In this document: piece by piece, positions 1 to 12,492 of the stretch
Layout: every line of letters begins with the position of its first letter
Position numbering within the stretch: position 1 is the stretch's first letter
From: Okamejei kenojei
Taxonomy: Eukaryota
Direction: 5' to 3'
Assembly: GCA_035221665.1 (NCBI GenBank)
Contig: CM069132.1
Span: 98,208,001 to 98,272,000 of the forward strand
DNA: 64,000 nucleotides
The notes under the pieces: model-generated
Seen by the model: only the letters and a program-made list of their open reading frames with translations
The model's database searches: none
Told to the model about the DNA's origin: nothing
Program-made: the position numbers and the translations under genes

Positions 1-293
1 TGGAATCAGGCCCCTCGTTCCACTGAGTCCACACTGACCATCAATTCACCTGTTCACCTAGTTTTATGTTATTCCACTTTCTCATCTACTTCCTGTACAC
101 AAGGGGCAATTTGCTGAGGCCTATTAACCTACAAACCCGCACGTCTTTGGAATGTGGAAGGAATCCGGAGCACCTGGAGGAAACCCACGCAGTCACAGGG
201 AGAACGTGCAACCTCCACACAGACAGCACCCAAGGTCAGGATCGAACCTGGTGTTGTGAGGCAGCAACTCTACCAGATGCGCCACTATGCCAC
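1..293 (-). mobile_element. tRNA-derived SINE (HE1/V-SINE-like)
   Basis: Reverse complement has a tRNA-like head (gtggcgc...ggtagagttgctgcctcac...ggttcgatcctgacc), the core gtgtggag..tgcacgttctccctgtgac and a CR1-like tail. Confidence 0.8.
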
Positions 294-1621
294 TTGAAAG
301 CTCTCTCTGATTTCTGATGAGCAAAGATGTTAGAAAAAGTTGACAGCATCAGGCAAAGCTTGAAGTTGTGGCTCTGTCTTCTGTTAAAGATTTGTTTTTC
401 AGTTGCTTCATAGGTGGATCTATCCAGGCCACCATGCAGGACCTCAGTGAACTCTTTCTGGATCAAACGCTCCAGTAAGTTTAGCTTCAGATTCTAACCA
501 GGCAACTGCACAATATCAGTTGCAAAAGCATAAGTTGAAACGATTGCAGCAAGTATCAGACCAATTGTTTCAGTCATTTAAATCCTTATTGAAGAAATAT
601 TTATTTCATTCAGGACTGCAGGGCAGGCAAGGTCTTGTGAAAAAGAGGGAATGGAAAGGGTCCACAAAAGAGGTGGTGAACTGCACACATGTAGAATTTA
701 ATATTTTTTAATTTTGCATTTTAGGGTCATGCTGCTGAAAGGCAACATGCATGAAAAGATAGATCCTGGGTCGACTGCAGAAGTAATGATGTGAATGAGA
801 GAAAACCTTTGATAACAAAAGAGGACATTTTAAGAAATGGTTGATGTTTAATTGATTAAAAGATAGATTTTTTTTCCAATTGCATAACCAAGCTTTAATG
901 ACAAAGCCACTGAGTTATTATTGCTTTATTGCAATGGTTGCTATCTTATCCAGACCTGGCCAAAAGCATATATATTTGGATTCAAAGGAATGAATCTTGA
1001 CAAGAAGCCTCATTTTCTATCCTTTGGCTAATCAATGCCATTTCATTACTATTTATGCAACCACATGCTTTAAAAAAAACGTATTCAAAATGATTTCCAG
1101 CCTCCCTGGAAAGCTGCCAAAATGGAATAAGAGTTTGGCCATGCTATGCAAATGAAGTAGGCTCTCCAAAATCTAACAGAGCAGCATCTATCTGCCTAAT
1201 TGGAATCCTAAGCAGTACATTTACATGGCAAAAATTGATGATGACACTGGAACCAAATGCTCTTCCCTCCTGGAAAAAAAACTCAATTTTGCACACAGAC
1301 TCGACATGAACCGACTGCTCTATATTTCAAGCACTTCACAGCCATTTACCAGCTTGCCTTAAACAAATTTACATAGCTAAATTAAAACAAACACAAACAC
1401 ATTCATCATTTGGAATTTATTTACATTTTTGGCGAGTTGTGACTAACAGTTTACAGGAGCTAATGTCCAAATGAATTACATTGTGAGTGTGAAGCAATTC
1501 CAAAATCTGACATTCTTAATGCTATTACACCCTAGATAGCACCTAAATTAAATTTGTTCTGGTCTGACTCAATCAATCTCCATGTTCTGTGCAGAATTGT
1601 ACCTCTTCCTTTCAGCATGTA

Positions 1622-1820
1622 CAGGAAGGAACTGCAGATGCTTGTTTAAACCAAAGATAGAAACAAAAAGCTGAAGTAATTCAGTGGGTCAGTCAGCATC
1701 TCTGGTGAAAGGAATAGATAATTTCTTCAGACTGGGTCTCGACCCGAAACGTCACCTACTCCTTTTTCTCCAGAGGTGCTGTCTGACCCACTGAGTTACT
1801 CCAGCTTTTTGGGTCTATCG
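1622..1820. mobile_element. Palindromic Penelope-terminal-repeat-derived element
   Basis: Arm aaaagctgaagtaattcagtgggtcag..cagcatctctgg is inverted to ccagaggtgctgtctgacccactgagttactccagcttttt around gggtctcgacccgaaacgtc. Confidence 0.7.
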
Positions 1821-1987
1821 TCCTTTCATCAAAAAAACAAATTGGAAGAACTGATGGCAATTCTCTAAGGATTATTATAAAGTATTAGTTCACATGAAGA
1901 TTTGGGTTGTTTGGACTGTTTTGTTAGCATAACAACATATCATCACCACAGAATGAGGCATATCATGCAATAATGGTTTTTACTCAC

Positions 1988-2144
1988 CACTGCTTGGCAT
2001 CAGCATCGCAGTTGCAATAATACTTTGGGTTGGTGCAGTTTCGCTCAATCCCACAAGCACATTTCTGTATTCCAGGACCAGAACCTCCCCAGTAATAATG
2101 CTTCTCATTACCTCTGCCTATCCACCAAGTATATGGATTGCCAT
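1988..2144 (-). CDS. CNTNAP2: Internal coding exon of contactin-associated protein-like 2 (Caspr2), fibrinogen-like region, equivalent to human exon 14
   Basis: Minus strand reads ttcttattgcag|ATGGCAAT...AAGCAGTG|gtgagta: canonical acceptor and donor, 157 nt. It translates as (D)[52 protein letters not shown]. This is nearly identical to human CNTNAP2 as I recall it ([53 protein letters not shown]) and closer than to CNTNAP1/5. The ORF track misses it. Confidence 0.95.
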
Positions 2145-2691
2145 CTGCAATAAGAACATCAGGGAGAGATTGAATAAGTGTTCATCGTTAACTTGTGAAA
2201 CATTTAGAACATGGAAAATGGATAGGTACAGCACAGGAACAGGCTCTTCAGCGCACAATGTCAGTTCCGAACATGATGCAAAGTTAAACTAATCTCATTT
2301 GCCTGCATGTGGGCTATATCCCTCCATTCCCTGCCTTTCAATGTGAATAGTGCATACTCCTTTGTTTCATGAGGGAGCTCTACTAATAGAGCGTAGAACA
2401 TCAAATAATTCAGCCCATGACAGGAACAGGCCCATTGGGCCACAACGTTCGTACCAAACATAGTGCCGATAAACTGATCTTATCTGACTGCATGTGATCT
2501 TTATCTCTCCATTCCCTGCAAAACCGTGCCTACTTAAAGGCCTCTTGGCAAAATACCAAGAACATTTTCGTTAGGCAAATACCATAAAATGATAATAGTC
2601 TTTTCAAACCTAGTATTGAAATTTGACAACTTTGTTCTAATACATTCATTGGAAAACCACATTATAGGATTGTGGATTAGTTTAGAGATTA

Positions 2692-2992
2692 GTTTAGAGA
2701 TACAGTGCGGAAACAGGCCCTTCGGCCCACCAAGTCCGCTTCGACAAGCGATCCCCGCACATTAACGCTATCCGACACACACTAGGGACAATTTACACTT
2801 TTTCCAAGCCAATTATCCTACAAACCTGCATGTCTTTGGAGTGTGGGAGGAAAACAAAAATCTCGGAGAAAACCCACGCGGGGTCACGGGGAGAACATAT
2901 AAACTCCAAACAGACAGCACCCGTAATTGGGATTGAACCTGGGTCTCCGGGGCTGCAGGAGCTGTAAGGCAGCAACTCTACCGCTGCGCCAC
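2692..2992 (-). mobile_element. tRNA-derived SINE (HE1/V-SINE-like)
   Basis: Same head, core and tail as the other copies, with a (ctaaa)n tail on the minus strand. Confidence 0.8.
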
Positions 2993-3565
2993 CTGATTAT
3001 TGAATCCTCTTCCATTAATTGAGAGCAAAAGTTTGACTTTAAAATCCTACATGGGACAGGTTTGCGGGAAGGTGGGACTAGTGTAGCTGGGACGTGTAGA
3101 CCGATGTGGGCAAGTTGGGCCGAAGGGCCTGTTTCCACACTGTATCATTCTATATTTATATAAAATAGTGGAGAAAGGATTCTGTTGGAGATTTGTAAGG
3201 TTGGAATAATTCAATAGGAATTAGGATGTGCTGAACCAACTGAAAAATTCTGAATGGACATTGCTAGATTTTGTTGGACAAGAATGGAAGGAGTTAGATG
3301 ACTGAGATAGGGAGATGGAGATAAGGTGCAGGTGAGGTATAATTTAACCTATTCATGGAGAATTGCTGAGAGGCTTAACAGGCTTACAGACAGCATTATA
3401 ATTTAGAAATTACTTTATGTCATAGCAAAGTAATATCATTTAGCTAAGGAGCCTCTAATTAAATATGAGATCATCATTTTAAGCTGATAAAAATAACATC
3501 TAACATTTCTCCCCAAACCTCCCTAGACATTTGAAACTATTTGAAAACCATCAAATGTTGAAGGT

Positions 3566-3672
3566 AGGGGGAGAGGGAGGGAGGGAGAGAGGGAGGAAGG
3601 GAGCGAAGGAGGGAGGGAGAGGGGGAGTGGGGGACTGGAAGAGAGGTGGAGATGGGGAGAGAGGGAGAGAGG
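3566..3672. repeat. Purine-rich (GGA/GGGA) low-complexity tract
   Basis: Almost pure G/A run. Confidence 0.8.
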
Positions 3673-4384
3673 GCATCACAGCACAGATATTAATAATGGT
3701 CAATATTTCAAATCAATCTTCCAGTATATTGTGATGTGTGCAATAAAAAAAAGTTAAAGCACGTTGGCATGGGGTCACGTTGAGAATCAAATCCCAATAG
3801 TGCAGTTGAATACATTTGAATAAGCTCAGATATATGGTAGAACATTGTTGAGATATAAAGGATTTGATTTTACACACTTCTATCATTCTTGGACCACCCC
3901 AATATCCATAGCAAAAAATAGTGACAACTCTTGGCACGACTCTTGTCAAATGTAGGAAAATGCATGAATTATTCTACATTTTGCAAATTAATGAATGATC
4001 AGATCATCCCAAGGAATTTAACTGAAGACGTGCACTAGATGGGGGAAGATGTGAAGGGATATTGCAATATATCTCCCCTCTCCTTAAAGAGCAGTCATAA
4101 AATGCTATTATGTATCAGGTCAACGTTTCCTATCTATGTTCTCCAGGCATGCTGTCTGACCCACTGAGTTACTCCAGCACTTAGTGCCTTCAATGTATCA
4201 CACTGTTTCAAGGCTTATGTTATATCTGTACCAGCTGCAATGATGTTATTAGTACTGGCTGATGGTTGTAACATTAATCTCTGTAAAATGGGCACTAAAA
4301 TCCATGGTACGATGCTAACCACCACAAACCATCTGGAGAATTTCCCACAATCATAGCTTTGTGCATGGGGAATAGTATCTCACC

Positions 4385-4661
4385 ATAACCATATAACAAT
4401 TACAGCACGGAGACAGGCCCTCTCGGCCCTTCCAGTCCGTGCCGACCATTTGTTTTCCCCTAGTCCCATCTACCTGCACTCAGACCATACCCCTCCATTC
4501 CCTTCACGTCCATATACCTATCCACTTTACTTTTAAATGTTAAAATCGATCCTGCCTCCACCACCTCTGCTGGAAGCTCATTCCACACAGCCACCACCCT
4601 CTGAGTAAAGAAGTTCCCCCTCACGTTACCCCTAAACTTCTGTCCCTTAATTCTCATGTCA
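4385..4661 (-). mobile_element. Young CR1 LINE, 5'-truncated 3' end
   Basis: Encodes the CR1 ORF2 C-terminus (MRIKGQKFRGNVRGNFFTQRVVAVWNELPAEVVEAG...) plus a (gttatatg)n tail. Only 2 differences from the copy at 14169-14452. Confidence 0.92.
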
Positions 4662-5459
4662 AACCTCATGCACAACCTCATTCTCAACGTGGGAAAAACA
4701 AAGGAGATGGTGGTTGACTTCAGGAGGGCGGGAAAACAACGCCATACACCTCTGCACATCGATGGAGCTGATGTGGAAAGGGTCAGCAGTGTGAAGTTCC
4801 TAGGACTCCACCTGTCAGATGACCTGACGTCCACGACCAACACCACAGCACTGGTCAAGAGAGCCCAGCAGCGACTACACCCTCTCCGTAGACTACGGAA
4901 AGCAGGTCTCCTCACTGCACACCTACGAACTTTTTATAGGGGGACAATCGAGAGCACATTAACCTACGGCATCACTTCCTGGTTCGGGAGCTGCAAGGCG
5001 TACGAACGGCACCAACTGGACAGGATTGTGAAGACTGCCAGCAGGATTATTGGTGCTCCACTCCCTTTTGCTGGACATATACAGGAAGAGATGTATCAGC
5101 AGAGCCATCTCCATCATCAAAGACCCCTACCACCCATCGCATCACATATTCTCCATCCTGCCATCTGGGAAGAGGTACAGGAGCATCAGCTGCAAAACCA
5201 GCAGGATGCTCCTCAGCTTCTTCCCGCAGGCTATAAGACTGATAAACGGACTTTGCCCCCTGCCAAAGTATCGCGCACCAACCACCAACCTGGACACACT
5301 GAAGCAGAGCCATTGTCGTGCCGCTGCCGATTGGAACTCATGATATATGTATTTTTATTTCTATTTATTTTTTAATGGACACTGGTTGAGCAACGTTTTT
5401 TCGTTTCCTCTGGGTATGTAAGTACTCAGGAAAAATTATAATAAAGATATACAATACAA
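4662..5459 (+). mobile_element. Rex1/Babar-type LINE, 3' portion
   Basis: NLILNVGKTKEMVVDFRR...VKFLGLHL...KRAQQRLHPLRRL, then a frameshift to IIKDPYHPSH..LPSGKRYRSI..SFFPQAIRLIN; AATAAA and (acaat)n tail. Confidence 0.85.
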
Positions 5460-6607
5460 GAATGGGAATGTGAAATGCCTTTCTGCTCACGTTGGTTACA
5501 TCATTATGGGTGCACTGCCTCAATGGATGTAATCACTCTCTAATACTTTATTTTCACTAAAATCATGCAATACTATAATTATACAATGTAGACTTCCACA
5601 GGTTCTGCATGAAAGTCTTTTGGTTGAATCCAAGGCTTGTGGGGACTCTGGACTTATCTTGTGCTTGGTTACGAAGTTTGTTAAAGCACAATAAAGTGGG
5701 GAGGTGGGGATACCTGGAAGACAAAATAGATGGCCATGGTGGAGTGGTGTTTTTGAATAAGGATTGGTGCCGTAATGATTACTGCGTTGAATTGATGTAA
5801 CATACGCACACAGAGTCAACACAAATCAGCTATATTTGTGGATGATTGAAAATTTGCAGAACAATGAAAATAATAGAACCATCTCTGAAATTACAAAATT
5901 ATGTAAGGAAAATAAGTCGGCAAATCTCGGAGTGCCGGACATGTTGCAACTACCCTGTGGCCGACTAGTGACCAAATGATTGTTGGTCCATCACTCAGTG
6001 GCTTATTAACAAACCTGCAGATGTCGATAAAATGCTTGCCAATGTTTCTTTGTGTGATAACATTGGCATGTGATAATGCTTAGGATAGATAAACAACAAA
6101 GTTGAAGTATGTATGTTTCTCCTCTATTACTGGGAAATTGGAAGCCATTGTGAACATTTCTATTTGATTCAGCAAAACTTAATTGAGATTGCATTAGAGG
6201 AGGTTTTTACAGGAGTGTGGATGGGCAGCATAACCGAGTGTAGAGGATATGAGACAAATTATGGGGTACTCTAGACTGACGCAAGAGCCAGAGAGTGTAG
6301 ACCCATATAATTGTAGCATGGTTTAATGTTTTATGTGTCATTCTTAACTGTCATGTTGGCACTTGTGGGCGGAGCACCAAGGCAAATTCCTTGTTTGCGA
6401 ATACTTGACCAAAAAACGTATTAATTAATTAATTGATTGATTGATTCATTCATTCATTCATCCATCTCTTCAGTGCATTACCAGGGTAGTAAGAGTCTAA
6501 ACTGAAATCTAAAAGTTGCTGCTCAGTTACTGACATTCATCATCTTACTCATGCTAAATAAAGTATTAACACTTTCATTTATAGGAATCAAACTAAATTA
6601 TTTTAGA

Positions 6608-9380
6608 ATTTTACTTCGGAGTCACGTGAGTGACTTCGTGAAGACCCCGCCAGTACGCATGCGCGATATACCGTCGCGCGCATCTGCTTCGACAAGCTGG
6701 GGGGGGGGAGTGCGCTCTCTCCACCAGCTCCTTCACAACAGACCGGCAAAAGTAAGTATACTAACCTTTGTTGGTTGCAGGAGGAACGGGAAGGAAGGGA
6801 GCCTTCCCAAGAACCGTGGGTCACTGACTGGCCAGAGGCCATTTTCCCTCGGAACTGCGCGACCCGCCGGCAGCATCGGGAAGGTCGGGGGTGAAGAATG
6901 CGGAAGTCGGGCGCTCCCGTTACTCCAGAGCCCGACATACTACCTGAAGGCCTTCCCGCACAGGAGCTGGATCCTGCCGACCCAGACTTCGAGCCCCCAT
7001 CCCCAGGAAAGGGGGGGGGGGGGTACATACAGGTACGTGGAAAGGAGCTTACTCGTCGCCAGTGACCTCACCCCGAGGGGGGACCGGTCCGGGGAACGGC
7101 TGCGCTACAGGGGAGCCCAGCAGCTGCACTCCACCACGTACAACTGCCAGGGATATCTGCCGTAGGGCAGTCTGGCAGGACTACTGCTGCGTCGAGCAGC
7201 CCTGCAGGAGCAGGTGCTGCCGGCATTACACCTCGTCAGGCTGCGGTCAAGGGCGTTGGTGGCAGCAGTAGACGGTCGGTTAAGCTTAGCACAGGCAGCT
7301 GCCGACCATGCGCCTCCACGCAAAATAGGCGACAGTGGAGGTAAGCCTGCACGGACTTCGGGGAGCCAGGTACCGGGGACCGGCGCCGACTCATCCACTG
7401 CCTCCTACCAGGCAGGTGGACCGCCACAGTCCGCTCGAAGGCCGACTAGCGGAAAGTCCGTGTGGGAGTCGTATGGGCCTGCAGGAGCAGTTGCCCACGA
7501 TGACCTACCACCGGACCCTAGTCTACACCTGATGGAGGTGTGGTCCGCTGGTAGAAGTCGGCCAGTCCGCCGCGAGTAGCGGGGACGGTCGCATTGCCAG
7601 GTTGGAGCTCTTGGTGGAGCAACGAGTCCAACGGGATATGGACTGGAATGAACGGGGGGGCCTCCACAAACCATGCCAGGAGACCGCCCAGCATATCGTC
7701 TTCTCCAGCCAGACGTATTAGAAGTTGCTGGATGCTGACTACGATGACGAACCAGGGATGCCGGAGGCCGCAGAGCCAGTCCTAGGTGCGGACCTATTGG
7801 ATGTCATGGGAGGGGTAAAATTGCCACAGCTACCCACAATGAGGAGCCGCTGCAACCCAAACTGGCGGGAACCATTGACTATCTGCCCACACACCAGTCC
7901 CTGGGACTGACACCATGGACGAAATCAAACCGCTCGACAACTGCGTCACATTAAGTGTGTCCAGCGAGCCGCAGGATGCCCTGGCACTTCTCTGCAATGC
8001 GCAGTTCAAAATAAAAAAATTAACTGCCTTTGTAAGAGCTCCATCTGGCCGACAAGCAACCCGTAATGTGCAGGGTTGTGCCGTTCCTCCACCACTCCAC
8101 CACCTCATCAGCTGTTTGGGGAAGATTTCTCCAAGCAAGTCACAAAACTCGACGAAGAGGCCAAGCCCGAGGGCTTTATGAAACCTCCACCGGCCAAGGT
8201 TCACCCATATCAGATGAGGGGGCCACCGCCACGACACCACCGCAACGTTCCATACAACATCACCTGGGACGTAGGGATCGTTCTGACCCTACTGAGGAGC
8301 TGGTCTCCTATGACCGAGTTACCACTCAATAAGCTCACCTTCAAAGTGGTGATGCTGATGGCACTGCCTACAGTTCAACGAGTCCAGGCATTACAAAAGC
8401 TGCGGCTGGATAGCATGGTCTCCACCCCTGCAAAGGTGAATTCTTTGTCCAGGACAAATTGAAGCAGCACAGACCTGGGGATCATGGGGTGCAGTTGGAG
8501 TTTCGGACGTAAGCCACTGATGCCACCCTCTGCATAGTCACCCATCTCCGCCTCTACATCCGCACTACAGGAACCATCCGGAAGATGGAGCAGGGGCTCC
8601 TCGTCAGCCACAACTCTCCACATCACCGGGTGACTGTGCAGACTATCGTAAGGTGCCTCGGGACGGTGTTGGGTACAGCAGGAATTGGTACTAACATTTT
8701 TGTTTTAAATCTCACTCTCCCAGGGCTGCATCCACATCACCGGCGAGGTCCATGGAGGTGCCCATGGACCACATCCTCGCCACTGCGGGCTGGGCCAGTG
8801 AAGCAACTTTCCAGCGGTCCTACAATAGCCGCTGGTTGGCCCGGCGACGTTCGCGGAAGCCATGCTGGGAGACGCTCCGTCAATGAATTGTCCCCGAATT
8901 TGGGGTTTTTTGATTGTTTTTATTAATGACTGTGCATTATTTTTCAGCCTGTTCAGTCTGGAATGCATTAACTACCTTCCTCCATCAGTATTGTGGCAGT
9001 GTGATAGCATGGACGTTGTCCAGGGCGTGAAATCACAGAGCTTTGAAATCTTCACGAAGTCACTCACGTGACTCCGAAGTAAAATAGTAAGATTAAACAA
9101 GAACTTACCAAGTTCGAAGGTTGATCTTTATTTTATGAGGAGTTGCGGTGAGGGATTTCGTGCTCTCCGCTCCCACCCTCTATCATAAGATCAACTGGGA
9201 AGTTCTACGTTCTTCATCTTACTATTTTCAGTCATGGTGCGTTCTGTGATTCCACACCGTTGCTTTGAAGGATGTCGCGCATGCGTGCTGGCGGGGTCTT
9301 CACGAAATCCCTCACCGCGACTCCTCATAAAATAAAGATCAACCTTCGAACTTGGTAAGTTCTCGTTTAATCTTACTATT
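6608..9380 (+). mobile_element. DIRS1-like tyrosine-recombinase retrotransposon, internally deleted (no RT/RNase H/MT)
   Basis: Left end 6608-6644 is perfectly complementary to internal 9049-9085. Right end 9301-9380 is complementary (78/80) to 9083-9162, forming the ICR. A 32-bp ITR lies at 6635-6666/9275-9306, and ATT is at both ends. Gag-like (LFGEDFSKQV) and YR remnants are present. Confidence 0.92.
8246..8830 (+). pseudogene. Degenerate tyrosine recombinase ORF of the DIRS1-like element
   Basis: PYNITWDVGIVLTLL...KLTFKVVMLMAL..VQRVQAL, then from 8713 HSPRAASTS...VPMDHILATAGWASEATFQRSYN (HxxR, GW and catalytic Tyr motifs); stops and frameshifts present. Confidence 0.85.
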
Positions 9381-9629
9381 ATATATACCAATGTGTTAAT
9401 CAGCACAGAGAATGCACAGGAATTGTGATCTGGTAAAAGGACCAGTAGAGAAGCTTGAGTACAACACCAAGTGCTGGAGGAACCAAGTGGGTCAGGAAGC
9501 AACTCTGGCAGACATGGACAGGTGACATTTTAGGTCTGGAACCGATAGGAGCTTTCCTTCTCACACAATTCCAATGTACTTCTGGAAACTGCAGTTATGA
9601 ATCATGGTTGTCTTGATGGATACAAGAAT

Positions 9630-10130
9630 AGCATAGTGGCGTGGCTGGTAAAGCTACTGCCTCTGTGTCAGAGATCCAGGTTCAATCCTGACCTCGGATG
9701 CTCTCTGTGTGGAGTTTGCACGTTTTTCCTGTGACTGTGTGGGTTTCCTCCAGGTGCTCCGGTTTCCTCCCAAATGCCAAAGATGTGCAACTTTGTAGGT
9801 TGTTGGGTGGTGAATCTGTGGAATTCGCTGCCACAGAAGGCAGTGGAGGCCAAATCACTGGATGTTTTCAAGAGAGAGTTAGATATTGCTCTTAGGGCTA
9901 ACAGAATCAAGGGATATGGGGAGAAAGCAGGAACGGGTTACTGATTTTGGATGATCAGCCATGATCAAATTGAATGGCTTTGCTGGCTCGAAGGGCCAAA
10001 TGGCCCACTCCTGCACCTATTTTCTATGTTTCTATGTTAATAGGCCTCCGTAAATTGTCATGAGTGTGTAAGATATAACTAGTGTGAGCATGTGACCGAT
10101 GGACTTGATGGGCCTGTTCCATGCTGTATC
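9630..10130 (+). mobile_element. SINE (HE1/V-SINE-like) interrupted by a CR1 3' tail at about 9808-10035
   Basis: tRNA-like head and core, then gtgaatctgtggaattcgctgccacagaagg...tttctatgtttctatg, after which the SINE resumes. Confidence 0.75.
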
Positions 10131-10554
10131 TCGCTTCCTGAAAATCTCCTCCCTGTCAATCTCAGAGACATGTTCCTGGAAGAAAGCACTCAGACGGTGG
10201 CGTAAAAAAGGAAGGAAATAATTAGGTCCAAAATCATCATTCTTTTAACCTCTAAGGTTAAAAGAATGACGAAAGTATCTCTCGCACAACAATGGGGGCA
10301 GCTGTGAAATTAATAATTTGTCTTTACATGAACATCTGAAAGACTTTAGCCTCAAATTAAAAAAACTGCTGACTCATTGTTGATCCTCAACAAGTAGCTC
10401 ACTGTAGATCTTTTCCCAATATTCATGTTTTTTTGCAAAGCAGGAGGGAACCGGTATTTGTGCCAAAAAAGATAACCTTAACAGAAACCTCTCCAACAAA
10501 AAGAATTGTAGGAGTCGTTACAGCAGGGGAAACGTGCATTTGAACGTGGAATAA

Positions 10555-11100
10555 TTCAGGTTAGGCAGAGGTTTGCCTCCTCCAACCCCATCTACTCAAT
10601 CCATTGTTCAAGATGTGGACTCATGCATCGACGAGACCAAACGTAGACTGGGCGATTGTTTCGCTGAATACCTTCACTCAGTCCACCTGAACCTACCTGA
10701 TCTCCCGGTTGCCAAACACTTTAATTCTCCTTCCCATTCCCACACAGACCTTTCTGTCCAAGGTCTCCTCCATTATCAGAGTGAGGCTAAATGCAAATTG
10801 AACAGCATCTCATATTTCACTTGGACAGCTTCCAGCCCAGTATGAATATTGATTTCTCTAACTTCAGGTAACCCTGGCATTCCCTCTCTCTTTCACTCCC
10901 CCACCCAAGTCGCACTAGCTTCTCGTTTTCACTCAACAAACAGCTAACGATGGCCTGTTTCCTTTATCACTGTTACTTTTTTGCATATCTTTCTATATCA
11001 TCGCCTATATTTCTTGTTTCCCTTATGCCTAACCCGCTGAGTTACTCCAGCTTTTAGTGCCTATCTTCGGTTTAAACCAATATCTGCAACTCCATCCCAA
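10555..11100 (+). mobile_element. Penelope-like element fragment (GIY-YIG endonuclease C-terminus plus 3' repeat)
   Basis: IDETKRRLGDCFAEYLHSVHLNLPDLPVAKHFNSPSHSHTDLSVQGLLH matches the PLE GIY-YIG pattern (GETxRxLxxRFxEH...VAxHFN..H). Confidence 0.85.
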
Positions 11101-11459
11101 TGCACTCGTTAGTTTACCACCTCTTTGTGTACCACTGAAAACCTACTCAAGCTATTTTCATGTGTCAGACAGTAAACAATGCAATTATCTGCAACATCAA
11201 GCAAAATGACTTAATTGCAGATTGGTAAACTAAATTGATAAAGTGAAGAGTACAAGTAGAAACCCAACTGCATCTTTACTAATAAGTCTGGTTGAATTTA
11301 TAGCTGAAAGAAAACCTATCAATCTTTTCCTAATCTTTCAATTTTTATTTGGGTGAGAACTGAACAAGCTCTTACATTTCCACTTAAAGTGCAAGTAGCT
11401 ATTGGTACCATTTCAATGTAACTCAATTCCATCTGCAGAAACCCTCTCCCCTTACTTCA

Positions 11460-12240
11460 CATCCCAGGTGTTGAGGATTGGAGACCACACCTCCACAGCC
11501 CTCACCCTCAATATCGGTGCACCTCAGGGGCGTGTCCTCAGCCCCCTCCTGTACTCCCTGTACACCCACGACTGTGTGGCCCAACATGACATCAACACCA
11601 TCGCCAAGTACGCGAATGACACTGCAGTTGTGGGTCTGATCACTAATGTGGCCTACAGAAAGGGGGTAGTTGTCCTGACACGGTGGTGCTGGGCCAACAA
11701 CCTCTCTCTCAACGTCGACAAGACCAAGGAGGTGATCGTCGACTACAGAGGGGAGGCACCCCTCCATCAACATCAACGGTGTAGCGGTGGAGAGGGTGGA
11801 GAGCTTCAAGTTCCTCGGTGTCCACATCACAGAGGACCTGACCTGGACCACCCACATTTCCACCATCACAAAAAAGGCGCAACAGCGCCTCTACAACCTC
11901 AGGTGACCGAAGGAATTTGGTTTGAACCCCCGTGTCCTCAGGGATTTCTACAGAGGCACCGTGGAGAGCATCCTGACAGGCTGTATCTCCAGCTAGCAGG
12001 GCAACTGCACCAGCCACGCCCAAAGGGCCCTGCAGAGAGTGGTGTGGACGGCCCAGCACATCACCAGGTGAGAGCTGCCTTCCCTCCAGGTGTGGCGTTG
12101 GAAAAGCCCAGAGGATCATCAAAGACCCCAGCCATCCGGACCATGGTCTATTCTGCAGAAGGTTCCGGAGCATCAGCTCCCATACCAGCAGACACTCAAA
12201 CAGCTTTTTCCACCAGACAATCAGGCTGCTGAACCAACCA
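11460..12240 (+). mobile_element. Rex1/Babar-type LINE RT fragment
   Basis: IGAPQGRVLSPLLYSLYTHDC...AKYANDTAVVGLI...NNLSLNVDKTKEVIVDY; frameshifted. Confidence 0.85.
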
Positions 12241-12492
12241 GTCGCCTGTAGTTTACACCCCAGCAGTATGAACATTGCCTTCTCCAATTTCAGGTGGCCC
12301 TTGCTTTCTCCCTCTTTCCCCTCCCCTTCCCAGCTCTCCCATAGCCCGCTGTCTCCACCTCTTCCTTTCTTCTTCCTGCCCCCACCACCCGCACATCAGT
12401 CTGAAGAAGGGTCTCGACCCGAAATGTCATCTATTCCTTCGCTCCATTGATGCTGCCTCACCCGCTGAGTTTGTTCAGCATTTTTATCTACC
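12241..12492 (+). mobile_element. Penelope-like 3' fragment with a hammerhead-like motif at 12401-12428
   Basis: ...LHPSSMNIAFSNFR followed by ctgaagaagggtctcgacccgaaatgtc. Confidence 0.75.

Noticed and set aside
1-2992. SINEs flanking the CNTNAP2 exon as circRNA-promoting inverted repeats
   Set aside because: Both SINE copies are in the same orientation
4460-4915. 151-aa minus-strand ORF as a novel chimeric protein
   Set aside because: Chance read-through from antisense Rex1 sequence into the CR1 ORF2 tail across an insertion junction
6551-7674. Overlapping 100-200 aa ORFs in GC-rich sequence resembling a CpG-island gene
   Set aside because: They lie inside the DIRS element (leader and decayed gag); no host-gene homology recognised
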